Assembly: GCF_018977255.1 (NCBI RefSeq)
Contig: NW_024704760.1
Location: 1,860,001-1,924,000, forward strand
Reading direction: 5' to 3'
From: Callorhinchus milii
Taxonomy: Eukaryota
Length of the DNA stretch: 64,000 nt
The notes beneath the pieces are model-generated. The model saw only the letters and a program-made list of their open reading frames with translations, was not told the origin of the DNA and ran no database searches. A program made the position numbers and the translations under genes. This document shows, piece after piece, positions 33,601 to 46,915 of the stretch; position 1 is the stretch's first letter; each line of letters starts with the position of its first letter.

Positions 33601-36600
33601 GAAAGTGCTGACTCTGGTCCCCAGGAGATCACGAGGAGCAATAAGCAGCTTCACTTCCTGATTGTGTTGCTCGCGGGAGTCACGCTATGTAAAGAGACAG
33701 GATGTGCGAGCCCGGCTGTGGCTCAGAGCGGACAAAAAGAAATCTGTGGTTCATCACAAAATTAATTACACGTCAGCTTGGGGCAACATCTGGCTGATCA
33801 CGTGACCTCCTATTGCGCCAGGCACCACCGGCAGTCATTACTGGGGCAGAGGACAATCTTACACAAACAGGATTGTCCATCTGACGTCTTTACTCCGTGT
33901 CAAAATGAACTCTCTCTCTCTCTCTCCCTCCCCGACTCCCCCCACCCACCCATCTCCCCTCCCCACCACCACCTTAACCATAACCAAGCCTCCCTTCAAC
34001 TTTCAAAACCTTTCTCAAGACTTGGCTCTTTTACGGTTCCTTTGGGCACTATATAAACGGCATTTTGTTGTTGGTTTTGTTGTGGCCCCCCCCGCGCCCC
34101 CGGCCACCGCTCCCACCCTCGCACCTCCACCCACTCGAACCCCCGCCGGTTGTGTGAAACACTGGGAAGATGCCCTTGTGGATGTGAAAGTTGGCTGCAA
34201 TAAATGGGACTTGCATTGTACTGTAACATTGTCCGTTTGTTCCACAGTTACCTATGCTTCGCTCAAAGGACCGAGCGAAAAGAACGCAACTGTGGAATCT
34301 CAAGTGACTATCATGTGTCGATTCGACAACTCGTACAGAGCCTATAACAAGTATTGGTGCCAGGGCTACTACAGGAGGTCCTGCAATATCTTAGGGATAA
34401 CCTCAGAACATGAAAGGATAAGTTACAACGGCAGACTAACAGTGAAAGCCAATAATAAGAAGGGCGAATTCACAGTGATTCTGCGGAAGGTAACACTGAG
34501 AGATGCCGGGTGGTATTGGTGTGGAATAGAAAGACCTCACATTCTGGATATACAACACCCCGTATTTCTCAGAGTTTTCGAAGGTGAGATACCACTGGCA
34601 AGCTGTTGCTGTATTCTTAAACCACGTGTCCGTTAGACGTCAGAACTCGCGTATGTTACCGTTATCCCCGAAACTCCGCAACACTCTTCCACACTCCCTC
34701 CCTCTGCCTTGCCCCCTTCCTTCCCCATCTTCGGGTCGCGCCTGAAGACCTTCCTCTTCAAACGTGCCTATGGTCACCTCCCCTCCCCCCCCCCCGGATT
34801 GGTGACATGCTCCGCCACTGTCAAGCGCTCTGGGACCCTGCCCTGCATTAGGGGGGTGGGGGGCGAGGCTGTGTAAATGCAAGTTGTTGTTGTTATATTC
34901 TACAAAAATAGCACTGGTGTCAGTGTTTGAGTGTTTGCATGTTAATAACTGCTGCTCTTTGCCATTATTTCAACAGCTCACAAGCCAATCAATCCAAAGA
35001 AAGATAAGAAAGGGTAAACTTGTTTTAACCTCTTCTACCCCACTCCCCCCTCCCTCCCCCACGCCTGGCTCGGGTGCCCAGCACGCTGTGTAAAGCATTT
35101 TGAAACTTCCTCCTGACGTGAAAGGCAATACAAATATTGTTCCATTATAGGGTAGTAATATACCCTCCGCTCGCCTGGCTCCGGCCTCCTGTTGGTTCCT
35201 AGTCCCCTCTGCTCCACCATCGGTAGCCGTGCCTTACAGCTACTACGTTCCGAAACTCTGGAACTCTCTCCCTCAATCACTTTGCCTTGCCTCCCCCGTT
35301 CCCTCCCCACTTTCAAATTCCCCTTTTGACCGTGTCTACAGTCACCTCCCTCCCTCCCGGCTCAGTGTCAGACTCCGCCACTGCCTAGCGCTGCCAGGAA
35401 GCTACCTCGCATGAAGGGCACTGTATAAATGCAAGTTGTTGTTGTAGTGCTAAGCTCACAAGGACAAGGACCGAGATTACAATGGAGGCACTTTGCATAA
35501 TAACCCTTTATTATCGGGTTCACTGTCACTGACACTTTTCACACCCATCACTGACACTTCACTATGTATTATATAGCTGCAGACTCTCCTCCCAGCGATC
35601 AGTAACACATATACAATTGTTGGCTTTATTCGCATGATCAGATCATAGATCTGCTGCCAGTTGTGGCCTATTACAGAGTGTGGTCAGTGTCTCCGACTGT
35701 TACACATGATGGGGAGGGAGCGATGGTTTATCGAAGCTTAAACCGAGGGATCCAATCTGAAACGTCTGGAAACCCAGGAGATGTTACCATCTAACCCCCT
35801 TCCCTTTCCACCCCCTTCTCCACACCCATACCCACACCCCCCACCGCCCCCCACACACAACCGGTTCTCACTGTTCACATTCAGTCACCCAACAGCTCTG
35901 GCTTTCATTGGTCACTTAATGCATCGCATTCAGCAATTCATGTCCAACACACCAAAGAAATCTCTTAATTTAAGCCCCATTGCGAAATATATAGGAACAG
36001 GAGGAGGCCATTCAGCCCATCAAGTCTGCTTTTTAAAAAAAAATTAAAACGGTTGAATAAAATTAAAGGTGGGAAGCAGATTAAGATAGGTCAGTCTACA
36101 GTTGCTTCCACACCACATATCCTACCTGAGATGGGCTGTTTCTGTGTTGACGTAGTCTCTCTCTTTCTCTCTCTCTCTGATAATTTATCAAGCCTGCACA
36201 TCGCTCTGGGCATCATTTTTGGAGTGTTGATGCTGTTGTTGATCGGACTCGTGGTCCTTATTGTCAAAAAGATAAGACGTCATCACAGCAACAGTAAGTC
36301 TCTGTGTCTTAACCTGGATCGAGAGCACCTGTACTGAGGCGGGCGGGAGTCTGACTCACGCAGAAACCCAGCGTTGTACATGTACGTGCCTGCGTGGACA
36401 TTTCCCGGTGTCTGGAATAGAATACGCACACTCTCTCTCTCTCTCTTATCACTTCGTTGAGACGTCTCAAAGCGCTTCACAGGATATACTGTAAAGTGGA
36501 TTGACAGTGTCTGAGACATGGATGGACAATTCGGTAAGAGAGGTATTAAGGGGTCTGGTGAAAGGGCAGAGCGCTGGGACTAAAAGACCTCCTAAAATCT

Positions 36601-38022
36601 CATGAACAGACGAGGGGACGAAATTACAGTCCATCGCATGAAGCTCTTTAAGACGTCTTTCCGACAGCGCGAAAGGCGTTGTGTGAGACGTAAGGGTTTT
36701 AAGCTCTTTTCTTCTTCCCTGTGGTAAAGTCGCACGGTTCAATGTTGGTGATGGAGCTTTCTTTAATTCCCGGCGTGCGTGTGTTTTGTGTCAGGGTGTG
36801 TGTGTGCGTGCGTGTGTTTTGGGGGGTGAGGGGGGTGTGGGATTGAAATAGTAACTGTCTTACACTGTCTATTCAATGCACACAATAATGGTGACACCCT
36901 CCCACACCGGAGAGGTTCACAATGTGGCAATGTGTTCCGTGGTTCGTGACAAAGGGACATTGTTCCCGATCGCCGCAATCTATAGCTGTGTCCGGAGAGG
37001 CACGGCCACGGTATCAGTCAGCACAAAAGGTGACTTGATTGCCTCGATTAAAAAGCACCGTTTGTGTCGTGGGTCCTCAAAGGGGCTCTGAATAGACCGG
37101 ATCATGTGAGAGGTTTTATCCAGTCCGGAACTGTAGAGCCAGAGGTCACGGCCTGCGACCGAATTGGGGGTAAATTCAAAACGACACACGACGCATTTTA
37201 TCGCACCCGTAATTTGAAAACCTTCTTGCACTGCCTGACCTTGTGTTTTCCCCCCACTCCCTCCCTCCCAAAAAGGTAAAGACATAACACCGCAAGTGGA
37301 AAACTCCATCCCAACTTCAAACTCTGTGGTAAGAATACAGTCTTCTGAGATGTAACTTGCGACTGGAACTCATCTAGACTGGAACTGAAGGTCCAATGCA
37401 ACGCTGGGGTTGGGGGTGGGGGGGTGGGGGGGGAGTGGGGAGGAGGGCGTTGCATTGTCCGAGGTGCCCTTCCCTTTGGAGACGTTAAAGAGAGGTCCCG
37501 TCTGCCTGTTCAGGTGGACGTCAAAGATCCCGCGGCCCTATTCGAAATGAGAAGGGAGTTTCTCTCTCTCTCTTTCTCTCCCGGTGTCCTGGCTGACAAT
37601 CCTCCAAGTAAAATCGGTCCCTCGCCCCCCGTTGCTGCTTGTGGGACAATTGCCGTGCGCAAACTGGCTGTCGCCTTTCACCGACAAAATACACGGTCAA
37701 TCCACGTTGCAGGGTGTCCTGTGAAGCGCTCTGAGATGCCTCAACGACGTGATAAGGCGCTATATCAAATGCAAGGACTATTATTATTAGTATTATTATT
37801 ACTATTGTTATGCTCTTTCCCACTCAGCTGTTCAAAGAAGTGGAGGAGGGGGTTACCTACAGCACGGTGACGATTCAGCCCCACGATCCGCCCGCACAGG
37901 ACGGAGCGACATCGTACGAGAACGTCAAAACTTCCCAGAGCCAGGAAGCCATCAAGCCACCGGCCAGCGCCCCAGTCGCTTCCGAAACAACAGAGTACTC
38001 CACGATCGTCATCAAACAATGA
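30614..38022 (+). CDS. Gene F: single-V inhibitory receptor (ITIM + ITSM-like), paired with E
   Basis: Leader 30614-30653 (MGFTVLLSVVFLS); V 34248-34583; 37-nt stalk 34977-35013; TM 36193-36293 (IALGIIFGVLMLLLIGLVVLIV); 36986-37029; last exon 37828-38022 with VTYSTV, TSYENV, TEYSTI. V domain resembles E (GYYRRxCN..WYWCGIExPHIL). Confidence 0.8.
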
Positions 38023-40751
38023 CGGCGTCCGTGTGCGCGCGCAAAGGTACCTCAACCCTCCTCGGAAACAATGTCCCCAACGCTGGCCCATTCGTCCATC
38101 AAAACACAGAGTCTCCCCACCCTACAGTGTGTATCCTGTGAAGCGCTTTGAGACGTCTGAACGACGGGCTAAGGCGCTGTATCAAATGCAAGGATTATTG
38201 TTATTATTATTATTATTATTATTATAGTATTATCAGAGCACGGGTGGGATGTTCTCCTATCATCAGACATTGAGGTCGGGTCCCGAAATTCCACCTGCTC
38301 TTAGCCTGCAAGACTGTTTTGCCTGCAACCACCCCCCCACCCCGCCACCCCCACCCCCCACCCCGTTCAATTTGGAAGCTGGTATTTTCCAGAGCATCGC
38401 AGCCCTCTGGTATCTGACCAGTGACCAGGGTTTGGGGAAGTCAAAGCATCACGGATATATTTTTTATTAGAGAATGGATGGTTGAGGGTGGGGGCATTGG
38501 GGGGAGGTGGGGACAGATGGAGACATTTGTTTGTTTATTTATTTATTTGAATCCTTATCTGATTCAGTGGCTGTGCCAATCAAGCACATACTCTGCGGAA
38601 CAGGCATAAATAACGTGGCTTCACCTAAGCAGCTTTCTCACTGTTAACAACATTAACGATAATAACGTTTTATTGATGTTTTAACCGCTCAGTAATTTGG
38701 GAATGTACTAAGAACAATTAACAGCTAATTGTTTGTTCTTGACTGAGAATGATTGACACCAGTTTAACCCTAAGGCTCTCTCCAGCCCCCTGCTTCGTCT
38801 GTTGGTTGACGTTTGGGCAGCATTGGGGAGCGATAAGGAACCGGTTGATGAGAAACCATCATCCTTGATGTCCTGCGACATTTCAGAGCTGAAATCCAAG
38901 TCGCGTTTTTTAACTCATTTATTTCGAATGGGACCAGACAGAAATAAAGTTAGCGACCTGGGTTGCCGTGTGCTTGCGGCGAGATTTTCTAGTTTTTTTT
39001 TGGTCAGCCGGGTGTCTGACACACGCGGAAACCCATCACCGTGCTTAAGAGTATCCAAACCCAACTGAGTGATCTGATGCGTTTGTTTTACGACGGACGA
39101 ACAGACGGTTTTATTTAACCGTCAATCTAAGCAATTAGAATCTCTTCTCGGGGGTGGGTGGGGGGGGGGGAATAAAACTTAAAGTTTTGTTAATGGGGCA
39201 AATATACAGCTTCCAGGTTGAAATTGTTTGCTGTTATTTTTCTCAAGGTGTGAAATGAATTTTGAAATTTCTGTATGTTAGTTGGTGGTTAAGTATAGTT
39301 CTGTTCGGCAACTCTTAGAAATTTCCGCACAATTTTCGGATTTATTTACTGAAAATGTAATGATGCAGTTCACTAATTTACAGTTTCCCGAATGTAACTT
39401 CACTCCTTGTTAACTGTTCACCTTCAGCCCTGTGTAGTCTGTTCAATAGCCGGTAAAATGGTTCCTTTCCAAATAACATTAAAAGTTTACAAAAAAAAAT
39501 GTGTCACACGCTGATGCTCTTGTAAAGTTTTGCAGTCAGTTCACTTTACAGTATGGCCTGTGAAGCGCTTTTAGACGTCTCGAAGACATGATAAGGTGCT
39601 ATATGAAATGCAAGGATTATTATTATTAATATCATGTACCATACTAGTAATCTGACCCACTCGGCTCCCGTTAACCCTACAAGCTAATGCCCTAATGGGT
39701 AGGGTGGTCCTAGCTGGACAAGCAGCGGGGAAGCTTACCACACTCAATGACAAGCTGCATGGTTTTAGCTGATTAAACTCCAGCAGTTATCCCCAACGCA
39801 CACTCTGGGGTCCCTAAACTATTGCTCTTGCCGACCTACGCCTAATACTCTCCAAGATTAAAGGGCACGTTACTCCAGGAAGGGAAGGAGGGACAGAGAG
39901 GGAGAGAGACACAGGGTAGAGTCCCATAGCGCTTGATAATGGTAGAGCGCAATCCCAAGCCGGGGGGCTGGGGTGGAGAATGGAGGACAGCAGTGTCTTA
40001 GAGGGTCAGTGTTATCAGGTAAGTCCCTCCAGAGATGGCGAGTCCCGATGAAGACACAAGAAGAAGAACACAATGACAGCTGATGTTGTGAACTGGTGGC
40101 TACACTTTGTAATGACCACAAAATGTTTAACAAACATAACAGGTGAAAGACTGCAATACCTGTGGAGTCCTGTAGCTCAGTGCATTTGCCTGGTTTCGAT
40201 CCCCGGGGAGGGCAAACCTTTGGGCAAGTTTCCTTACTCCACACTCCTCTGTTTACCTATCGGTAAGTAGGTACCCGGTTGTTAGTCGATTAGCGGATCG
40301 CTTTTCCAGGGGTAATAAAACCTTCAAAAAATATAAAAATAATAATAATTTGGACACTCGGTCCACGACTGTTTGTGGGACTCTGCTGTGCGAAATTGGC
40401 TGCCGCGTTTCACCCACCAACATACGCGGTCAATTCACTTTGCCATATATCCCGTGAAGCGCTTTGAGGTGTCTCAAAGACCTGATAAGGCGCTGCATGA
40501 AAGCAAATTAGAATATCACCCCATGTAGCGAAGCCAACTGTGTTATCTCTGGAACAAGTGGCCAGCAGTGGTCCTTGCACAACTGTCAGCAAATATTTTA
40601 TTATTGATTGAATAACCTCTTGCACCATGGGTTTTATTTACCAGCGCTGGACGGAGGGAGGAGGGAGGGAGGGAGGGGTTGTAAGCAGAATTCCAGTTAA
40701 CACATTCTACAAACTGTCTCCACTCTACACATTCAGCTGCTCTTTCGAACC

Positions 40752-40944
40752 ATGGTATTCACTGAACTCGCTCTCCTCTTCCTCGTCACCATGATACCAG
40801 GTAAGGAAATGGTGCCAGAACCTGCTCGCTCCAGTGTTACTACTCCTAGTTATTAATGGTACGGAATTTCGCAGCACAGGACAGAACGCGGCTGTCCGCT
40901 CCATCTAGACTGTGTCTGCTCCCTGGTAGAGCTCTCCAGTTAGT

Positions 40945-40976
<32 letters not shown>

Positions 40977-43900
40977 CCCCGACCCTTCCGTCCTTCAGAT
41001 ATGATGTTAAACGGACGTCTCCCTGTTCGGGTCGGACGTTAAAGGTCACTTCGAAATGTCTCAAAGAGCTTCGCAGAATATAGTGTAAAGTGAATCGACT
41101 GCGTACTTTGTGGGCAAAACGCAGCCGCCAATCGCGCACAGCAGCGTCCCCACACACAGTCGCGGATTCAGTGACCAAATCATTATTTTTTTTTAAGGTT
41201 TCGCTCTGCCCGGGAATCGAACCTGGGTCCTCTTGCTTGCGAGGCAAATGCTTTAACCGCAGTGCTATGGGACTCCACAATGCAATAATACAGTGATACA
41301 TTTAACAGACCATCGCAGAGTAAGCGAGCTTTCAACCCACGGTTGATAATAATAATAATAATAATAATAATCCTTGCATTTGATATAGCGCTTTTCACGT
41401 CGGGAGGACGTCCCAAAGCGCTTCACATAACACACTGTAAAGTGAATTGACTGTATATTTGTGGGCGAACGCGGCAACCAATTGCGCACAGCAATGTCCC
41501 ACAAACAGTCGTAGATTGAAAATGACCAATTAATTATTGTTTTGGGTGTTTGGAGGGATTATTATTAGGCTCTGTGTGGGGTAAGGAAACTTGCCCGAGG
41601 TTTCACCCTCTGCCGGGGATCGAACTCAGGTCTCTCACTTGCAAAGCGAGTGCTCTAACCACTGAGCTACAGGACTCCATGCCCTGCCAAAGTGAGCACC
41701 AATGACAGGTCGAATGTCTATTCAAACGTACACAAAGATCACACCACTGTATTATTTACTTTCACCTTTGTGGCTTCCAGAGAGTAAAAGATTTATGTCG
41801 ATGCCAATGTACCTCTTTGCTCCCTGAACGTCCCTAATCTGTTTTCCTGATCTTGCTATCTATCTGGTGCTTTCTGAATTGTTTATCTTACTATCGATTT
41901 GGCTTTAAGCAAACTCCCTCTTTGTTTTCGGTCCATTCTGTTTTCCCAGATCCACGTCTCCAGCCGTTCCTATTTCTTCCTGATCCACAACTGGTCTGGA
42001 TCAATACCTGAACCAATATCTACCAGGATCTGCCCCCCACCCCCCACCCCCCCAGCCCCCACTCGCTTCCCCCTCCCTCCGCTCGTCAAAGCCGGAATAA
42101 AGAAATCTCAACTACTGCTCTTACATTTCAAACAGGTTCAACACTGGACAGCAGTCTACAGTCAGCTCGTGTCACTGACACGGGCAATCAGTATAAAGTC
42201 CTTGTACATTGGACACTGTCCCTTACTGTTCGGTTATGGCTATATTCTCAATCGCCAAACTGTCAACATCACCTTCTGCCCAACCACTCGCAGAAATTGT
42301 TACTTTACACTATTTCTACACGTTGTACACAACCGACCAACACCGGTTTGCGTAAAATTTAAGCTCGTCACGTGAAGAACTGACATGTTTGGCCCCTCGT
42401 GCGCACTGGTCAATAGTTTTTCCGGCACTCCCTCTTTTGAATAAAATTGGTCACTCACTTCATGCCTGTTTGGCAGGGCATTAAAGTGCTCATATTGGCT
42501 GCCACATTCGCCCACAAAAAATACAGTTACTACACTTAATAATAATAATAACCTTTGCGTTTGATAGAGCGCCTTACCACGTCATTGAGACTCAAAGTGC
42601 TTCACAGAACATATACTGTAAAGTGGACCGACTGTGTACTTTGTTGGTGAAACGCAGCAGCCAATTGCGCACTGCTGTGCCCCACAAACAGTCGTGGATT
42701 GAGTGACCCCAATTTTTTATTTGACGGATTATTACCCCCGGAAACCAATTCGCCAATCGACTAACAACCGGGTTCCTACTTGCCAGGTAAACAGAGACTT
42801 GTGGAGTAAGGAAACTTGTTGAAACTAGCCTAAAGTTTTGCCCGGCCCAGGAATTGAACCCGGGTCCTCTCGCTTGCGAGGCGAGCACGCTAACCACTAC
42901 GCTTAGGGACTCCAGATTGCACTGACTCGAAGGCCCCTTTTTCATCGCTTCCAATGCGATAACCAATGTTAGCTTTCCGGAACGTGCAATGCTCTTTCTG
43001 CCACAGGTACGCACGGATTAAATGGACCACAGACGGTGTACGGAGTGGCCGGAGGGTCAGTGACTTTGAAGTGCCAGTACAGTAACATCTACGCTAACCA
43101 GAAAAAATACTGGTGCAAGGGCGGACGTTGGTGGATATGCACCGTGATGGACCAACGAGCACTCATCACAGACGATCCGAATTCGGGGGCATTTTCTATA
43201 ACGATGGATGAACTGACTTTGGAGGACACCGGTTCGTACTGGTGCGGGATAACACAGAAAGGCAGAGACCTAATGTTACGCGTCGAGCTCCAGGTCATTG
43301 ACGGTAAGGCAACATTTACCAACTCCCAGTTCGACGTTTGACCTTTTACTCCACCCAAAAAGAAAAGAACCAATCGTTCTGACAAAGAGAGCGGCCCCTC
43401 CGATGGAATGCTCGGAAGGGAAGCGGTCAGGAGTTCCTCAGAGGCACTCAAGCGATGGTTAGATAATGAAGGACCCCAACCACCCGTTTTGACCGAATCA
43501 ACACAACCCAAATGTTCTCCTTTTTTGAACATATAAAGAAAAAAAGTCAAGGGTCCTTGTCTGTACCGTTCTTCCTGGTCTTTTTTTTGATTTCACACTC
43601 CTCTTCAAATCCCTTAATACCCTGGCACTTTCCTACCTCTCCCACCTGCTTGCTCCCCAATCCACTGCACGTTGCCTCCACTCGACTGGTTTCCGGCCTC
43701 CTGCATACCCCTCATGCCCTCCGTTCCATCATCGGCGGCCGCACTTTCAGCCACTAAGCCCCGAGACTCTGGACTACTCTCCCTCTAGGTTTAAAGAACA
43801 CCAGTTGTCCTTTCAGTAAAAAAAAAGTTCATTCACTTCATGGCTGCCTGTGGGATGTCGCTGTGCGCAAACTCGCTATCGTGTTCGCTTACAGATCGAT

Positions 43901-46900
43901 AGACAATCACTACACTTTGCAGTTAAACTTGCGAAAAGCTTTGAGAAGTTTGAGGACGTGACAAGGTGCTGTAATCAAATGCGGGGATTATCATTTATCG
44001 CCCACAGGCCCACATCTACTGTCCGGACCTCAAATGGTGTTGGGGTTGCCAGGAGAGTCGGTGACTGTAGAGTGCCAGTACGACGTGCATTATAGGAGCC
44101 ACGAGAAGTATTGGTGCAAAGGGTTGGAGCAGGAGTCGTGTGTTATATTGGCCAGAATTGACGGCTTACAGGAAGAGCACATCAGCAGAAAACTATTCCT
44201 AACGGACAATCAGACCAGCGGCGTATTTTCAGTAACAATGAACGAACTGTTGATGGAAGATGCCGGCCGTTACTGGTGTGGGATAAAGATAACTAAATTC
44301 AATATCATGGTGCCCGTGGAACTGAACATCACTGACTGTAAGAAACATTTCATTTCTTCAGCCAGTGGACTATCGAGCGCGCCCGATTTATTTCCTGGTC
44401 CCCGGAAGGCGTTTGATAAAAGTTCCATGTGCGAGACTTTTAAAGTTTAGGGCTCGTATAATTATCGGCAAGCGGGCTGGATTGTAAAGTGGGAAGAAGA
44501 GGGTGGTGATAAATAGGGAAAGGTCTGTCCGGAATTCTTGGGAGTGCTGCGAGGGTGTGTTTTGGTTACTGTGATAATCGCAACGTGATTTAGGAATATC
44601 AAGGGATATGGGGCAAAGGCGGGCAATTGGAGTTGAGGTGCAGATCAGCCCTGATCTAATAGAATGGCGGAACAGGCTCGAGGGGCTGAGTGGCCTCCTC
44701 CTGTTCCTACTTTCACTCAGACACATACAGATGCCCACTGCGCTCGACATGTTTCTGGTTTGGGGCTGAGGTTGGCGGGAAAGTGGAGCTATAGCTCCTG
44801 TGGCTCTCTGGCAGCAACTCTCTCACTGTGTTATTGTTTCAGCAGCTTATACGGTGGGATCCCAACCAAATAAACCTCCGGGAAATAGAAGGTAACAATA
44901 CAATGTGTATATTTTAAGTCTATCTGTGTGTGTGTACATGTCATATGTATCAGCCTGGCTCAGTTGGGGCATTCTTCTCTTCAAGTCAGAAATCTGGGGG
45001 TTCAAGCTCCACATCAAGGCAATGGAGCTCATAGTCAGTAAAATCCTGTAAGTTATATCAAATAAACCAATCGATGTACGCGTGTGTATGTATATTGTGT
45101 GTATCTCAAGGGGAAGCTAACCGGAACGTGAGACGTCTCGAAGACGTGATAAGGCGCTATATCAAAAATGCAAGGATTATTATTATTCTAATTAACTGTA
45201 CCTTATTCCTTTACTTCTCTCTTAGCTATGGGGTATCCACCACGTTGCTGGTTCCATTAATTGTCGGTTCAATCGTAGTTGTCCTGGTGATCACCATCTT
45301 CATCATCAGATACGAAAAACAATCCGTAGCCTGTAAGTGACACGTTCAAAGAGAACTGAGCGGGTTATTTTAGTCGCAACCCCACTAGAGGCAAAGCAGA
45401 GACCGGCCCAAAACGTAGAGTTACAATCATTTTACATCCATTTGACCCAGGTAGAATTCAGACTCTTTTGCCAGAGTCAGTTCGATTTAATACATCGAAT
45501 TGATCCATCATCACATTTTCGGCTCTAGTTTGCAGCATTGGAGCGAAACCTTAGGCGAGTTTCCTTAATCCACAACTAGCAGTAAGTAGGAACCCTGTTG
45601 TTAGTGAATTGACAAATTGCTTTTCCAGGGGTAGTAATCCCTTCAAAAAATATATTGCTCAGTCAAACCATGACTGTTTGTGGGGATGCTGCTGTGCGCA
45701 TTTGGCCGTCCGGTTTTGCCCACAAAATACACAGTCAATTCACTTGACAGAATATTCTGCGAAGCGCTTTGAGGCATCTCAACGACCTGATAAGGTGCTG
45801 TAACAAATGTAAGGATTATCCTTAGTATTATTTCTTAATCGGAAATGTATCATTCATTACGACACACATTTAATCTGATTCATTGGTACTGGATCTCGTT
45901 TCTGGACCATTTCTAGGTGGGAAAGGGAAGCCAGATGAGGAAGAGGTTGACCCCGTCTTCAAAGCTTTTGTAAGTGTGCAACTACCTTGTTCTACATGCG
46001 GTAAAGTTTGGTGTTTAAGGCTAAAGCTAACTCACATAAGCAGCACTTTATGAAGCATCATTAACTCTACCCTATGTTAATCAATTGTGAGTCGATGGTT
46101 TAAGGGAATTAATCGAATTAAATATATATATTTTTTAAGAAACAAAAATGAGCTTAATTGTCTCAGCTAAGCGAGTCCTCACTTTTAGCTACAGATAATT
46201 AGTAAGGGACAAAAAAAACCAGAGTCCCACGTTGGGATCTGGAGCTCACGGTCTAGACTGACACTCCACTGCGGGGCTGTTGGAAGTGCCGTCCTTCTTG
46301 AACCAAGATACCATCTGTGCCTGTTCAGGTGGACATTACAGATCCCAAAAGAAAAGAGAAGGATGTTTCTCTCTCCCCAGTGTCCTGGCCAACAACCCAC
46401 CAGATAAAATTAGACATTCATTTATTTCGTGGCTATTTGTGAGGCATCGCATGCATTTGCAAATTTGCCTGTCATGTTCACTTACAAATATACGGCCACT
46501 GCCCTTCACAGTAATATCCTGCAAAGTGCTTTGAGGCGTTTCCATGTTGAGATTAGGTGCTATTTCAAATCAAAGGCAAAAAAGGATTATTACTATTATA
46601 AGGAAACAAAAGGAAATGATTTTTAAATTTGCTTCTTTTTTTATTTATTGGAAATAGATGTATTGATCCGGGTCGAAACTGAACAGAGACGGACAGAGTT
46701 TTATTTCATGCCTCTTTTTGAAGTCTTTCAGAGATGACGGACAAGATAATCTGTACAGCACGGTGGTAACTAAGCCGGGGACGCAGACAGATCAAGACTT
46801 TCTAACTTATACCAAAATGAAAGGTGTCCACGGTCACAATAACGTGATCCAGTTGCACAACTCGGGACCTGTTCCGCCATCAGTTGAATTTTCTACCCTT

Positions 46901-46915
46901 CGATTGGAATCATAA
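40752..46915 (+). CDS. Gene G: two-V-domain inhibitory-type receptor (pIgR-like architecture)
   Basis: Leader 40752-40800; V1 43007-43303; V2 44008-44337; stalk 44843-44891; TM 45226-45332; 45917-45969; last exon 46724-46915 with NLYSTV, LTYTKM, VEFSTL. Phases consistent. Confidence 0.8.
44480..44715 (+). mobile_element. HER1/HE1-like CR1 3' tail of cartilaginous fishes (also 1480-1740 -, 7598-7880 -, 27139-27300 -, 31545-31635 +)
   Basis: GGAGTTGAGGTGCAGATCAGCC..GAATGGCGGAACAGGCTCGAGGGGCTGAGTGGCCTCCTCCTGTTCCT. Confidence 0.65.

Noticed and set aside
36100-36155. Second activating-type TM remnant (SYLRWAVSVLT*) before the F TM exon
   Set aside because: Wrong phase for the stalk exon, immediate stop, and short enough to be chance.
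40752-46915. Assigning symbols such as PIGR, CD300A or CD300LF
   Set aside because: Family membership is clear, but orthology cannot be set without a phylogeny.
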